Assembly (NCBI GenBank): GCA_963752285.1
Contig: CAVVXN010000002.1
Coordinates: 32,001-96,000, forward strand
Source of the DNA: an uncultured Planctomycetota bacterium
GTDB taxonomy: Bacteria; Planctomycetota; PLA2; JAEUHO01
DNA: 64,000 nucleotides
Direction: 5' to 3'
Below are positions 20,291 through 32,190 of this stretch, piece by piece. The notes beneath the pieces are model-generated. The model saw only the letters and a program-made list of their open reading frames with translations, was not told the DNA's origin and ran no database searches. The translations under genes were made by a program, and so were the position numbers. The stretch's first letter is position 1, and every line of letters starts with the position of its first letter.

Positions 20291-23200
20291 GTGCACGCCC
20301 TTGAGCCTCACGAGCGGTCAATTCTGGAATTTTCCGCTCCTGGCCCTCTCGGTTCGAGGAGCAGGCGGCCCAGGCGCCCGATGCCACGGCAGTCGTCGAG
20401 GGGGAGCGGTCGGTCTCGTACCGCGCGCTCGCGGAGATGGCCGCGGGGATCGCTCGGGCCCTTCTCGCGAGGGGGCCGTGTCTGGGGGACCGGGTCGGCG
20501 TGCTGGTCGATCGGAAGCCCGAGCTCGTCGCGGCGATCCTCGGGATCCTCCGGGCTGGCGCAGCGTACGTCCCGCTGGACCCTGAGTACCCGAGCGCTCG
20601 CTTGCGGGCGTATGCCGAGGAGACTCGCATCAGCGGCGTGGTGACCGAGCGCCGATGGCTGGGCGATCTCCCCCTGGACAGGTCTCCCGACCGTGGTCCT
20701 GGAGGACGTTTTCGCCGCGCGGGGGGACTCGTGGGATCGCATGCCTCCGGTCCCGATCGGCCCCGAGGATCTGGCCTACGTGATGTTCACGTCTGGCTCG
20801 TCGGGTCGGCCGAAGGGCGTCATGATCCCGCACGGCGGACCGGCGGCGCTGCTCGAATGGACGCTCTCGGCGTTCGATGCGCGCGACCTGGCGGGCGTGC
20901 TGTTCTCCACGTCGGTGTGCTTCGACCTCTCCGTGTTCGAGATGACGGCGGCCCTGGGTTCGGGCGGGACGCTGATCCTGGCGCGGGACGCTCTCCACCT
21001 GGCCGGGCACCCGCACGCGGGGAAGGTGACGCTTCTCAGCATGATCCCTTCCAGCGTGATGGAGCTGGTTCGGGCAGGCGCGGTCCCACCTTCGGTGCGG
21101 GCGATCGTGATGGGGGGGGAGCCCGTGACCCCAAGCCTGGCCCGGGCCTGCCTCGGTCTCGAGGGCCAACCCCGGGTGCTCAACCTGTACGGCACCACGG
21201 AGGACACGGTCCACTCGACGCTCTTCCCCGTCACGGAGGTGTCGGGCGATCGGATCCCCGTGGGCGTGCCGATCGCCGGATCGCACATGTACATCGCGCG
21301 CGGGCCCGCCGAGCTCGCGTTGGCGGGCGAAGTCGGCGAAATCCTCCTCGCCGGACCCAAGCTCGCGCTCGGGTACTTCGGTAGGCCCGAGCTGACCGCG
21401 GAACGGTTCGTCGAGATGGAGGTCGCTCCCGGGCAGGTGGAGCGCGTCTACCGGACGGGCGACCTCGGACGACTTCGCGAAGACGGTCTCTTCGAATGCC
21501 TCGGTCGTCTGGACTCGCAGGTGAAGGTCCGGGGATATCGCGTCGAGCCGGAGGAGATCAGCGGCTCCTTGTGCACGTGCCCGGGGGTTGCGGATGCGGC
21601 GGTGCTCCCCGAAGGGGATCTCTCCGACCGTCACCTCGTGGCGTTCGTCGTGCCGGTGAAGGGAGAGACTCCGGAGCCCGAGCACCTGGAGCGCTGGCTT
21701 AGGCGCAGCCTGCCCGCGTACATGGTGCCGTCGAGGTGGGAGTACCTCGACGTCCTGCCCCGACTTCCGAACGGGAAGCTGGACCGCGAGCGCCTCTCGA
21801 AGCTGCTGGCCGCGGGATCCGGTCGCGCACCGCCGCCCTCGCGGCCGGCTCGGTGGAGGCCCGGCTCGCCGTGCTCTGGAGCGACGTCCTGGGGCACGAG
21901 CTCCACCACCGAAACGAGAACTTCCTGCGCTCGGGGGGGCACAGCCTGCGGGCGGTACAACTGGCCGTCGCGATCGAGAAGTCCTTCGGCGTGCGCGTGG
22001 ACTTCACCGAAATCTTGGGGGAACCCGTCTTCCACGAGCTCGCTCGTCGGATCGAGACGCGAATGGGGGTCCCCTCCGTCGAGACCGCGTCCGGTCCGGA
22101 TCCCGCAGATCTCGAGGCGGCGGCGTCCCTCTCTCCGTTCGAGGGGCAGCTCTGGATCCTTGACCATGCCGGTGAGGGCGGCGCGTACCACGAAGCCATC
22201 GCCGTCGAGATGCGGGGCTCCCTCGACCAGGCGGCGTTGCGCGCCGCCCTGAAGGATCTGGTTCGCAGTCACGACGCACTGCGTACGACGTTCCCTCGGA
22301 GCGGGGGTCCCCGAGACGGTGTGTCCTGGGAGTCGCAGATTCGGAGTTCGATCTCCCGGTCGATTCCGTGGACGCGGCGGCGGGGAACGACGTCGCCACC
22401 GTGGTCGAAGCGTGGATCCGGACGCAGCTCACCTCGCCCTTCGACCTCGGATCGGGCCCCTTGTTCCGGCCTCGCCTGTTGTCGATCGGTGCCACGCATC
22501 ACGTGCTTCTGCTGGAGATGCATCACATCATCGTGGACGACTGGTCCATCGGTCCCCTGCTGTGTGACCTGTCCGCGGCGTATGGGCGGCATACCTCGGG
22601 CAGCCTCCCCGCCATCGCGAGCACCGGGACCGTCCCCTCGTCGGCCGCGAGCGTGGGACGCCGACGGATGGGGGTGGCGGCACTCGAGAGTGAGCTTCGC
22701 TGGTGGGAGGAGTATCTCGATGGCGCCCGGACCGACCTCGGCCTGCCGTTCGAGCGGACCGAATGCGGAGCTCTGACGCGCTCTTCCGCGGAGGTGCCGG
22801 TGGCCCTGCCCCGCGCGGTCCTGGAGGGGCTGCAAGAGATCGCGGACGAAGAGGAGACCACCACCTTCGCGGTTCTCTTTGCACTCTTCGTCTCGTACCT
22901 GCACTGCCGTACGGCCCGCGAAGACCTCTTGATCGCCACGCCGGTGGCCATGCGGGACGCGCCTGAAGACCAGAAGACGGTGGGGTATCTGCTGAACATG
23001 CTCACCGTCCGCTTCCGGATCGCTCGTGGCACGACGCTTCGCGAACTGGCCGCGCACGTGCGGGACGACCTGGCGCAGGTACTCCGGCATCGGCACGTAG
23101 CCGTTCACGAGAATCTCGCGGCTCCTCGCCAGCGGGACTGAGGCCGGGCGCGTCGCGGCGCCTCAGGCTGCGTTCGTCTTCCAGCCCGACCCTCTGCCCG

Positions 23201-26200
23201 AGCCCTCGTTCCCTGGACTCGAGGTGACTCGTGTCACGGAGCACTCCACGGGTCCCAAGTTCGCGGTGACGCTCAGCCTCCGCGCCGGGACCGACGGAGT
23301 AGCCGGGAGACTCGTGGTCGATACGGGCCGGTTCCCGGCCCCGCTGCCCGACACCCTCTTCGGTACCTGGTCGTCGTTCGTCGCGACGGCGCTGGCTCAG
23401 CCCGACCGTGCGCTGGTCGAGCTCGACCGAGACCGCCCCGGGGAGCCCGACCGGGCCCTCCAAGACTCGAAGGGTCCCGAGACCGCGTACCCGTCGGGCG
23501 CGTCGATTCCCGAGTTGTTCTCGAACGTCGCTCGTGCCACGCCGGAGACCGTGGCGCTGGTCGCGGGAGGGCGGTCGCTCACCTACGGGGAGCTGGACAC
23601 GGCGTCGAACCGGCTTGCGCAGCACCTGAGGGCGCGGGGCGTCGAACCGGGATCTCGCGTGGCGGTGGCCTTGCCACGGTCCCTCGACTACGTGGTCTCG
23701 GTCCTGGGGGTGCTGAAGGCGGGCGGCGTCTACGTGCCTCTCGACCCCGCGCATCCCGTGGAACGGCTCGCCTGGATGCTCGGTGACTTCGGGGCGGCCG
23801 CGATCCTCTCGAACCGGGCGAGCGCGGAGCGAGTACCCGCGGCGAAGCTGCCCTTGATCCTCGTCGATTCGGAGGCGGAGCGGATCGCCGCATACCCCGA
23901 CAACGCGGTCCCGGTGAGGCGGGGTCCCCTCGACCCGGCCTACGTGCTCTACACCTCGGGGTCCACGGGCCGTCCCAAAGGGGTCGAGGTCCCGCACCGG
24001 GCCGTGGTGCGTCTCGTCCGGGGGCAGCGCTTCGCGCCGATGGACGCCGATCAGACATGGCTGCTCCTGGCCCCGCCGTCGTTCGACGCCTCGACCCTCG
24101 AGCTGTGGGCCCCGCTTCTCAACGGGGGGCGCCTCGTCGTCTACCCGGGGGAGTTTCCCGAGCCCCGGGAGCTGGGCGCGGTTCTTCGTCGAGAACGGGT
24201 CACCTGCCTGTGGCTCACGGCGGCCCTCTTCAACCGAATCGTCGATGGGGACGCGAGCGTGCTCGCTCCCGTGCGTCACATCCTGACTGGGGGTGAGGCG
24301 CTCTCGGTCTCGCACGTACGTCGCTGCCTCGACGCGCTGCCCGAGACGACGATCACGAACGGCTACGGCCCGACCGAGAACACGACCTTCTCGACCACGT
24401 GGGAGGTGCCGCGGGACTTCGCCGCGGACCGGGTCTCGGTGCCGATCGGCGGCCCCATCGCGAACTCCCGCTGCTACGTGCTGGACGAGGCGCGACGCAG
24501 GGTGCCGGTGGGGGTGCCGGGCGAGCTCTACGTGGCGGGGGACGGTCTCGCCCTCGGGTACGTGAATCGCCCGGAGCTCACGGCCGAGCGGTTCCTACAG
24601 GACCCGTTCCGTCCCGGGGAGCGGATGTACCGAACGGGAGACCGCTGCCGGTGGCGGGCCGACGGTGCGCTCGAGTTCCTGGGACGTCTCGACCGGCAGG
24701 TGAAGATCCGGGGCTACCGGATCGAGCCGGGCGAGGTGGAGGCCGTGCTGCTCGAGCACGGCGCCGTCGGGCAGGCGGTGGTGGACGTGCGGGAGAACGA
24801 GCAGGGGAAGACCCTGACGGCCTGGGTGGTGGGGCGTGACGGCCAGGGCGTGCCGGAGGAGGGCCTTCGCGAGCACCTGGCCGCGCGGCTGCCCGAGTAC
24901 ATGCTGCCCTCGAGGGTCGTGACGCTCGAGGCGATGCCGCTGACCCCGAACGGGAAGATCGACCGGGCTCGACTGCCGGACGCGGAGCCTCCCGCTGAAG
25001 GTGGGCGGGGAGCCACCACGCACGGAGACGGAGCTCCGCCTGGCGTCGATCTGGCGGGACATCCTCGGCTCGCACGACATCTCCGCAGAGGACGACTTCT
25101 TTCGCCTAGGGGGCGACAGCCTCACGGCGATTTCGAATGTTGGCGCGGGTCGCCGGGATCGCCCGTGGCTCGAATCTCGTTCGCGGACCTACTTCAGCAC
25201 CCGGTGCTGGGTGAGTCGGCCGGGTTCGTCGAGAATCTCCGCGGATCTCACATGGCCAACGATGACTCGGCCCATGTCGGACCGCACTCTCTTTCCAAGA
25301 GGAGGGCCTGTGGGCTCGCTCGAGCGTCTCGGAACCCGGGGGCCTACAACCAACCTCTCGCTTTGCGGATCCCGGCCCCCGCGGTATCACGCGCTCTGAG
25401 AGCGGCCCTGGACGACCTCGTGCGGCGGCACGACGTGCTACGGACAGCTACCCTGAGGAGTCCGGCGAGCGCGGCGCGAGACGTGCGTCGCCGAGCGGAC
25501 ATGAAGCCCTCGATCCCAGCCCGAGGAGGCCGAGGATGGGTAGCCCAACGGACGTCGCGGGCTCCGAGTGGAGCGCCGGCACACGTCCGTTCCCTTCGAC
25601 ATCCGCAGGGCCCGTGCTGGCGCGTCGAAGCTCTCCGTCTGACCGCCGAGGATCACGTTCTCCTGCTCGTGTTCCACCACATCGTATGCGATGCGTGGTC
25701 GTTCGACCTGATCTTGAGAGGAACTGGAGACCGTCTACTCCGTGAGGTCTGCGGGATGGGAACCTGGTCGCCGTGACCTCCCTTTCACATATGCCCGATA
25801 GCGTCGCGTCGACAGGGCCGTTTCGAGCCTTGGCGGCTTGCGGAGGGCAAGGTTGCCTGGTATACCTACCGTGGCGCCCCATGCAACTGGACCTGCCGCG
25901 CGACCGCCAGCGCGCCGCCGTGGCGTGCTGGGATGGGGGTCAATCGGCGGTCGAAATTCCGATGGAGGCCACCACTGGGCTCAGCGAGGCTGGCGGCCGC
26001 GGAGGGGGCACGCTCTTCACCGCGGTCCTCGCGGTGTGGATGGGTTACCTGGGCTCATGTCGGGTCAGTCCGAGGTTCGTGGGCAACCCATTCGGATCGC
26101 GTCGAGCCGAGCCGCAATCACTTGTCGGATACTGCCTCAGAACGCTGCCGGTCCGGCTGGAACTTGGTGGATCGCCTTCGCTTGAGAGACCTGATCCGGC

Positions 26201-29200
26201 GTGTCCGGCGAAGCCTGCTGTGCGTTCACGAGTACGCTGACGTTCCCCTCTCCTCGATCCTCGACGCGGTGAAGCCCGGTCGGCGCCCGGGACTAGCCCC
26301 TCATGCCAGCGCTTCGTTCTGCTACCCGATCGCCGCCGTTATTTGCGGCTGGGCGGAAGCCGACGCCTCGTCGTCGCGGAGCCGACTGCGAGCCGGGCCA
26401 AGTTCGATCTGACACTCATCCTGGGCCCTCAGGCGGGGCGGCTTCGCGGAAGCATCGAGTATCGGAGCGAACTTGATCGACGCACCGACGATGGAGGAGT
26501 TGTCTCGCGGATTCGAGCGCTACGTGGCCGCTGGAGCTGCGCAGCCAGACCTCGCTGTTGCGGACCTGGACTGGCGCGGAGATGCGGCTCGTCTCGAGCA
26601 GGCGAACTCGACCGCAAGTCCCTACGAATCAGAGCGCGGCGTCTTGGATGTGTTTCAGGGGGTTTCTGCACCTCGATCTTCGAGGTCGTCGCGGTCACGG
26701 ATGGGGCTCGGTCGCTGACCTACGAGGAGCTGGACGCGGCGTCGAACCGGCTTGGCGCAGCGCCTCGAGGGCGCGGGGCGTCGCGGGATCCGGGTGGCGG
26801 TGGCCTTCCGCGGTCTCTCGATTACGTGGTCTCGGTTCTCGCGGTGCTCAAGGCGGGCGGCGTCTACGTGCCGGTCGACCCGACGCATCCGGCTGGACGG
26901 CTCGCGTGGATGCTGGCTGACGTCGGAGGCAGCGGCGATCGTCTCGAACCGCGGCGGGCGCGGAGCGATGTACCGCGGCGGGCTGCCCTTGATGCTCGTC
27001 GAGTGTCGGAGGCGGAGCGGATCGCCGCGTACCCCGAGCACGCGGTCCCGGTCCGAGGCGGGGTCCCCTCGACCCGGCCTACGTGCTGCTACACCTCGGG
27101 GTCCACGGGCCGTCCCAAAGGGGTCGAGGTCCCGCACCGGGCCGTGGTGCGTCTCGTCCGGGGGCAGCGCTTCGCGCCGATGGACGCCGATCAGACATGG
27201 CTGCTCCTGGCCCCGCCGTCGTTCGACGCCTCGACCCTCGAGCTGTGGGCCCCGCTTCTCAACGGGGGGCGCCTCGTCGTCTACCCGGGGGAGTTTCCCG
27301 AGCCCCGGGAGCTGGGCGCGGTTCTTCGTCGAGAACGGGTCACCTGCCTGTGGCTCACGGCGGCCCTCTTCAACCGAATCGTCGATGGGGACGCGAGCGT
27401 GCTCGCCACGGTGCGTCACATCCTGACGGGGGGTGAGGCGCTCTCGGTCTCGCACGTACGTCGGTGCCTCGACGCGCTGCCCGAAACGACGATCACGAAC
27501 GGCTACGGCCCGACCGAGAACACGACCTTCTCGACCACGTGGGAGGTGCCGCGGGACTTCGCCGCAGACCGGGTCTCGGTGCCGATCGGCGGCCCCATCG
27601 CGAACTCCCGCTGCTACGTGCTGGACGAGGCGCGACGCAGGGTGCCGGTGGGGGTGCCGGGCGAGCTCTACGTGGCGGGGGACGGTCTCGCCCTCGGGTA
27701 CGTGAATCGCCCGGAGCTCACGGCCGAGCGGTTCCTACAGGACCCGTTCCGTCCCGGGGAGCGGATGTACCGAACGGGAGACCGCTGCCGATGGCGGGCG
27801 GACGGCGCGCTCGAGTTCCTGGGACGTCTCGACCGGCAGGTGAAGATCCGGGGCTACCGGATCGAGCCGGGCGAGGTGGAGGCCGTGCTGCTCGAGCACG
27901 GCGCCGTCGGCGCAGGCGGTGGTGGACGTGCGGGAGAACGAGCAGGGGAAGACCCTGACGGCCTGGGTGGTGGGGCGTGACGGCCAGGGCGTGTCGGAGG
28001 AGGGCCTTCGCGCGCACCTGGCGGCGCGGCTGCCCGAGTACATGCTGCCCTCGAGGGTCGTGACGCTCGAGGCGATGCCGCTGACCCCGAACGGGAAGAT
28101 CGACCTGGCCCGGCTGCCGACCGCTGAGCCCTTGCGCTCAGGAGAGGGGCGCCGACCGCGGACGCCGACGGAGGTCCGTCTGGCGTCGATCTGGCAAGAC
28201 CTCCTCGGCCTCGAACACGTCTCCCGCGACGACGACTTCTTCCGGCTCGGTGGCGACAGCTTGAAGGCGATCGAGCTCTGCTCGCGCGTCGAACGAGACC
28301 TGGGGATCGTCCGTGAGGCTTCGGCGGTCCTGCAGCTCGGGAGGCTGCGAGATCTGGCGCGCCACATCGACTCCGAGCCCGGCGAGCGCGATCGCCCCCA
28401 CGCTACGAAGCTGACCGACGGGGAAGCTGCTCCCGCCCCTGCTCTTCATGCCGGGGCTCGGGAGAACGGCGCACGAGGTGGCGGATCTCGCGCGGCGCCT
28501 TGGATCCTCGCGCGCGTGTTTCGGGATCGAGCTTCCGCAGGTCGTGGCGGACCGAGACCCCTTCGCAGTCCGCGGACGACCTGGTCGAAAGCTGCGTGCG
28601 GGCCGTGCGGTCCGTGCAGCCGCATGGGCCCTACACCCTTACGGGCTTCTCCGCTGGCGGCCTGCTGGCCTACTACGTGGCCGCGCGTCTGGAGGCGTCC
28701 GGCGAGGAGGTCGAGCGAGTCTTCATCCTCGACGCCTGGGCGCCCGGCTTCGCCCACCGCACGTCACGGCTGGCCAAGGTCGCGAAGGCCGTCGAGATCT
28801 TCGCCGGAGAGCTCAACTGGGCTGGGCGACGTGCGCATCTCGTTCGACTTGGTGACGGAGGGTGCGGGATACCTGCGGGAGAGATTCGGCAGCCCATATC
28901 GTCGCAAGGCCGGGCTCGCAAGCAGCCGCCGGTCCCGAGCGCGAAGGCGGGGCGCGGCATCCCGATGGCCTTCCTCGCGGAACTCGTCGAGAGGGAGAAG
29001 GTGCCGGCCGTCGCCGCACCCTTGGTCCTCTACCGGTCGTCCGAGCTCGCCCGCAGGTGGCGTGTTCGAGGGCTGGACGAGACGAACGGCTGGGCCGCGC
29101 TGGCGAGCGGGGGCGTGGAGGTCTTGGTGGTCCGGTCCCACCACAAGGGGCTCGTGGTGGATCCCGCGGTTCAGACCATCGTTGCGCACATGCGAAGGAC

Positions 29201-29303
29201 GCTCGGTGAGCCCTCGCCCGTGACGGCGTCGGCAGCCCCATCGACCCGACGCACCCAAGCGGGGTCGCCCGCGGCTCCTTCGACCCCGGCTCGGCCCGGG
29301 TAG
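20291..29303 (+). CDS. Three-module non-ribosomal peptide synthetase A-T-C-A-T-C-A-T-TE, broken by many indels (start approximate)
   Basis: A3 motifs [11 protein letters not shown] and [11 protein letters not shown] (twice), YRTGD (three times), NGK(L/I)D. T domains GGHSL and GGDSL (twice). C domains [10 protein letters not shown] and [18 protein letters not shown]. Confidence 0.88.
23949..28105 (+). repeat. Near-identical ~1-kb direct repeat of the A-domain core (23949-24964 vs 27089-28105)
   Basis: Visual alignment shows only scattered substitutions over about 1 kb. Confidence 0.92.
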
Positions 29304-29574
29304 CTGGCCCTCGCCCGGCGGGTGGGGCTCAGCCCCGGTCGGGCGGCGGCGCGCTCCCCCTCCCGGGCCCGACGGTGGGGAGGTGCTCCGCGCGGAACCG
29401 GTCGGGCGACCCGCGACGGCCCGCGAGCGTCGTCGCGGTGGGCTTCCATGCCCTCTCGTCGTCCTACGGAGCCACGGTCCCCCTCGGGGCCGTGGCTCCG
29501 GCTCGTTTCGGGCTCGGCCCACCCTCGCCGGCCCGTCCGCGCGCGCCCGGCGGCTCGGCGCCTCCGTCCCCCGG

Positions 29575-29601
29575 CAAAGCGGCGCCCGGGCCAGCCCATA
29601 C
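29575..29601 (+). promoter_or_regulatory. Putative sigma-28-like promoter CAAA-N15-GCCCATAC
   Basis: Same motif and spacing, ending about 65 bp upstream of the PEP-CTERM ATG at 29667. Confidence 0.6.
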
Positions 29602-29666
29602 GTTGAGGGGCGGACCCGCACTTTGCGGTCGGCCCATCCCCCGGTCCGCGGAGTGAACTCGCCACC

Positions 29667-30464
29667 ATGCCGATCCGACAGCTCGGTCGTCTCGCGTTCC
29701 TGACCCTGGTCGGGCTGGGCGGGCTCCTCTTCTCTGCGCCCCAGGGGCGTGCCGACCCCATCAACGACCGTACGCCGCAGGTGACGCTCGGAGCGTCATG
29801 GGACGGCCCGAGCGCGAACCTCTCGTCGATCTTCAGCCAGGCGAGCGGCCTCGGCGCCATGGGGGCCGACGCGTTCGACCCCGCGAACGACCAGAGCCCC
29901 TACGCCCTCTGGACGCCCGGCGCCGGTCAGTCCGCGACCACCATCGTGCTGGAGATCGCCGGCTACAGCCCGCTCAACCAGCTCGGGATCTACAGCGCCG
30001 CGAACAACCTGAACTCCTACGGCCTCTTCGCGGGCAGCGCGTCGTCGGGAGACGACCTCACCCTGACCTTCGTGGGCGGGCACCTCTGGGTGGACGGCCT
30101 CGACCAGGGCCTCTTCGACATCTCCGACGGCTTCGGCTTCTACCTCCACTCGGGGAACGGCAAGACCTACTACACCGAGGACAGCCGAAACGGGGGCGTC
30201 GCCCAGGCGCTCGTCTTCCAGGGCCAGGGCGGCGGCCAGCAGATCCAGGTCACCTCCGGCGGCCAGACCATCGCGCTCGGCACGAACGACTGGGTGATCG
30301 GGTTCGAGGACCTGGACTACGGAAGCTCCGACAAGGACTTCAACGACTTCGTCTTCGTGGCGCAGAACATCACGCCGGTGCCGGAGCCGTCCTCGCTCGC
30401 CTTCCTGGCGCTGGCGATCGGCGGGGGCGCCTTCTGGCGGAAGCGCTGGAGCAAGAAGGCCTGA
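29667..30464 (+). CDS. PEP-CTERM protein with DUF4114-like domain
   Basis: Signal peptide, GFEDL...SDKDFNDFVF motif, C-terminal VPEPSSLAFLALAIGGGAFWRKR. Confidence 0.9.
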   Translation: MPIRQLGRLAFLTLVGLGGLLFSAPQGRADPINDRTPQVTLGASWDGPSANLSSIFSQASGLGAMGADAFDPANDQSPYALWTPGAGQSATTIVLEIAGYSPLNQLGIYSAANNLNSYGLFAGSASSGDDLTLTFVGGHLWVDGLDQGLFDISDGFGFYLHSGNGKTYYTEDSRNGGVAQALVFQGQGGGQQIQVTSGGQTIALGTNDWVIGFEDLDYGSSDKDFNDFVFVAQNITPVPEPSSLAFLALAIGGGAFWRKRWSKKA

Positions 30465-30727
30465 GCGCGGTCCTTTGGCCGACTCGTCCGTCGCCCGAAG
30501 TTAGGCCGCGCGCCGCACGTTCGGAGCTGGCTCGCGACCCGCCTCGTCCCCGCCTTCGCCGGACGGTACGCTCTCGGGTCCTGGATCGCCGGCTCACCTC
30601 GACGCGATCGAGACCGCGCGGGCCGGATTCGGGCCTCGGAGGGGCGATGAAGTTTCGAGAGACGGCCGCGTCACGGGAGGCCTGCTCCTCGGTCTGGGAC
30701 CGGCCGCCGCAGCCCGGGGTCTCCGCG

Positions 30728-31240
30728 ATGACTCCCGCCGTGGTCTGGCTGACCGGCCTCTCGGGCTCGGGGAAGACGACCATCGCGAAGGCGCTCGCGA
30801 GGGCGCTCGAGGTCGATGGCCACCCCGTCGAGCGACTGGACGGCGACGTGATCCGCGAGGTCTTCCCCGCGACGGGGTTCAGCCGGGAGGAGCGGGACCA
30901 GCACGTTCGGCGCGTGGGCTTCGTCGCGAGCCTCCTCGAGAAGCACGGAGTGATCGTCGTGGTGTCGCTGATCTCGCCCTACCGCGACAGTCGCGACTGG
31001 GTGAGGTCGCGGTGCCGCCGCTTCCTCGAGGTCCACGTGGACGCGCCGCTGGAGGTCTGCCAGGCCCGCGATCCGAAGGGGCTCTACGCGAAGGCGATTC
31101 GCGGCGAGATCCGCTCGTTCACGGGACTCGACCACCCCTATGAGGCTCCGCTGCACGCCGACCTCACGCTCAAGACGAACGAGATCACGCCCGATGCCGC
31201 GGTCGAGAGGATTCTCGACCTGCTCGCGACCGAGGCCTGA
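30728..31240 (+). CDS. cysC: Adenylyl-sulfate kinase
   Basis: [19 protein letters not shown] and RDPKGLY...FTG..PYEAP motifs. Confidence 0.95.
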   Translation: MTPAVVWLTGLSGSGKTTIAKALARALEVDGHPVERLDGDVIREVFPATGFSREERDQHVRRVGFVASLLEKHGVIVVVSLISPYRDSRDWVRSRCRRFLEVHVDAPLEVCQARDPKGLYAKAIRGEIRSFTGLDHPYEAPLHADLTLKTNEITPDAAVERILDLLATEA

Positions 31241-31251
31241 GGAGCTGACCG

Positions 31252-32136
31252 GTGGACCGTTTGGATCGTCTCGAAGCCCGAAGCCTCCACATCCTTCGCG
31301 AGGCGTACGCGAGCTTCAAGAACCTCGGCATGCTCTGGTCGATCGGCAAGGACTCGACCGTGCTCCTCTGGCTCGCGCGCCGCGCGTTCTTCGGCCACGT
31401 GCCCTTCCCGCTGATCCACGTGGACACCTCGTACAAGATCCCCGAGATGATCCGCTACCGCGACCGCCTGGCGATGGAGTGGCGGCTCACGATGATCGTC
31501 GGGCAGAACGAGGAGGCCTTGCGGCAGAAGCAGACGTTCCCGGAGGGGAACGCGGACCGGCTGACCTGCTGTCGGCTGCCTCAAGGCGACGGCGCTCAAG
31601 GACACCCTGCAGCGGGAAAGGCGTTCGCTACCGCCTGAACCTCGAGACGGGTCGGTACGAGGCCGATCGGAGCACCGAGGCGTTCACGGGCGTGATCGTC
31701 GGCGTGCGCGCCGACGAGGAGGGGTCGCGCTCGAAGGAGCGCTACTTCTCGCCGCGCGACCGCGAGAACCAGTGGGACGTCGGCGACCAGCCGCCCGAGT
31801 TCTGGAACCAGTACAAGACCGACTTCGCGCCCGGCGTGCACGTGCGGATCCACCCGCTCCTCGACTGGACCGAGCTGGACGTCTGGGAGTACATCGGCCG
31901 GGAGAAGATCCCGACGGTGTCGCTCTACTACGACCAGGGCGAGGGGAAGCGCTACCGGAGCCTCGGTTGCGCGCCGTGTACGCTCCCGGTCGAGTCGGCG
32001 GCGAAGACGGTCGCGGAGATCATCGAGGAGCTCCGGACCGGGAAGTTCCAGAACGTCGCCGAGCGGAGCGGCCGCGCCGCAGGACAAGGACGACGGCGGC
32101 GGCCTCGAGACCCTGCGCCGCGAAGGGTACATGTAG
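31252..32136 (+). CDS. cysD: Sulfate adenylyltransferase subunit 2 (frameshifted)
   Basis: [39 protein letters not shown] and YRSLGC motifs, ending LRREGYM. Confidence 0.92.
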
Positions 32137-32190
32137 CGACCGTTCCCGTCCCCGACCGCCTGGTCGCGTCCGCCGGCGCCCACGCGCTGG

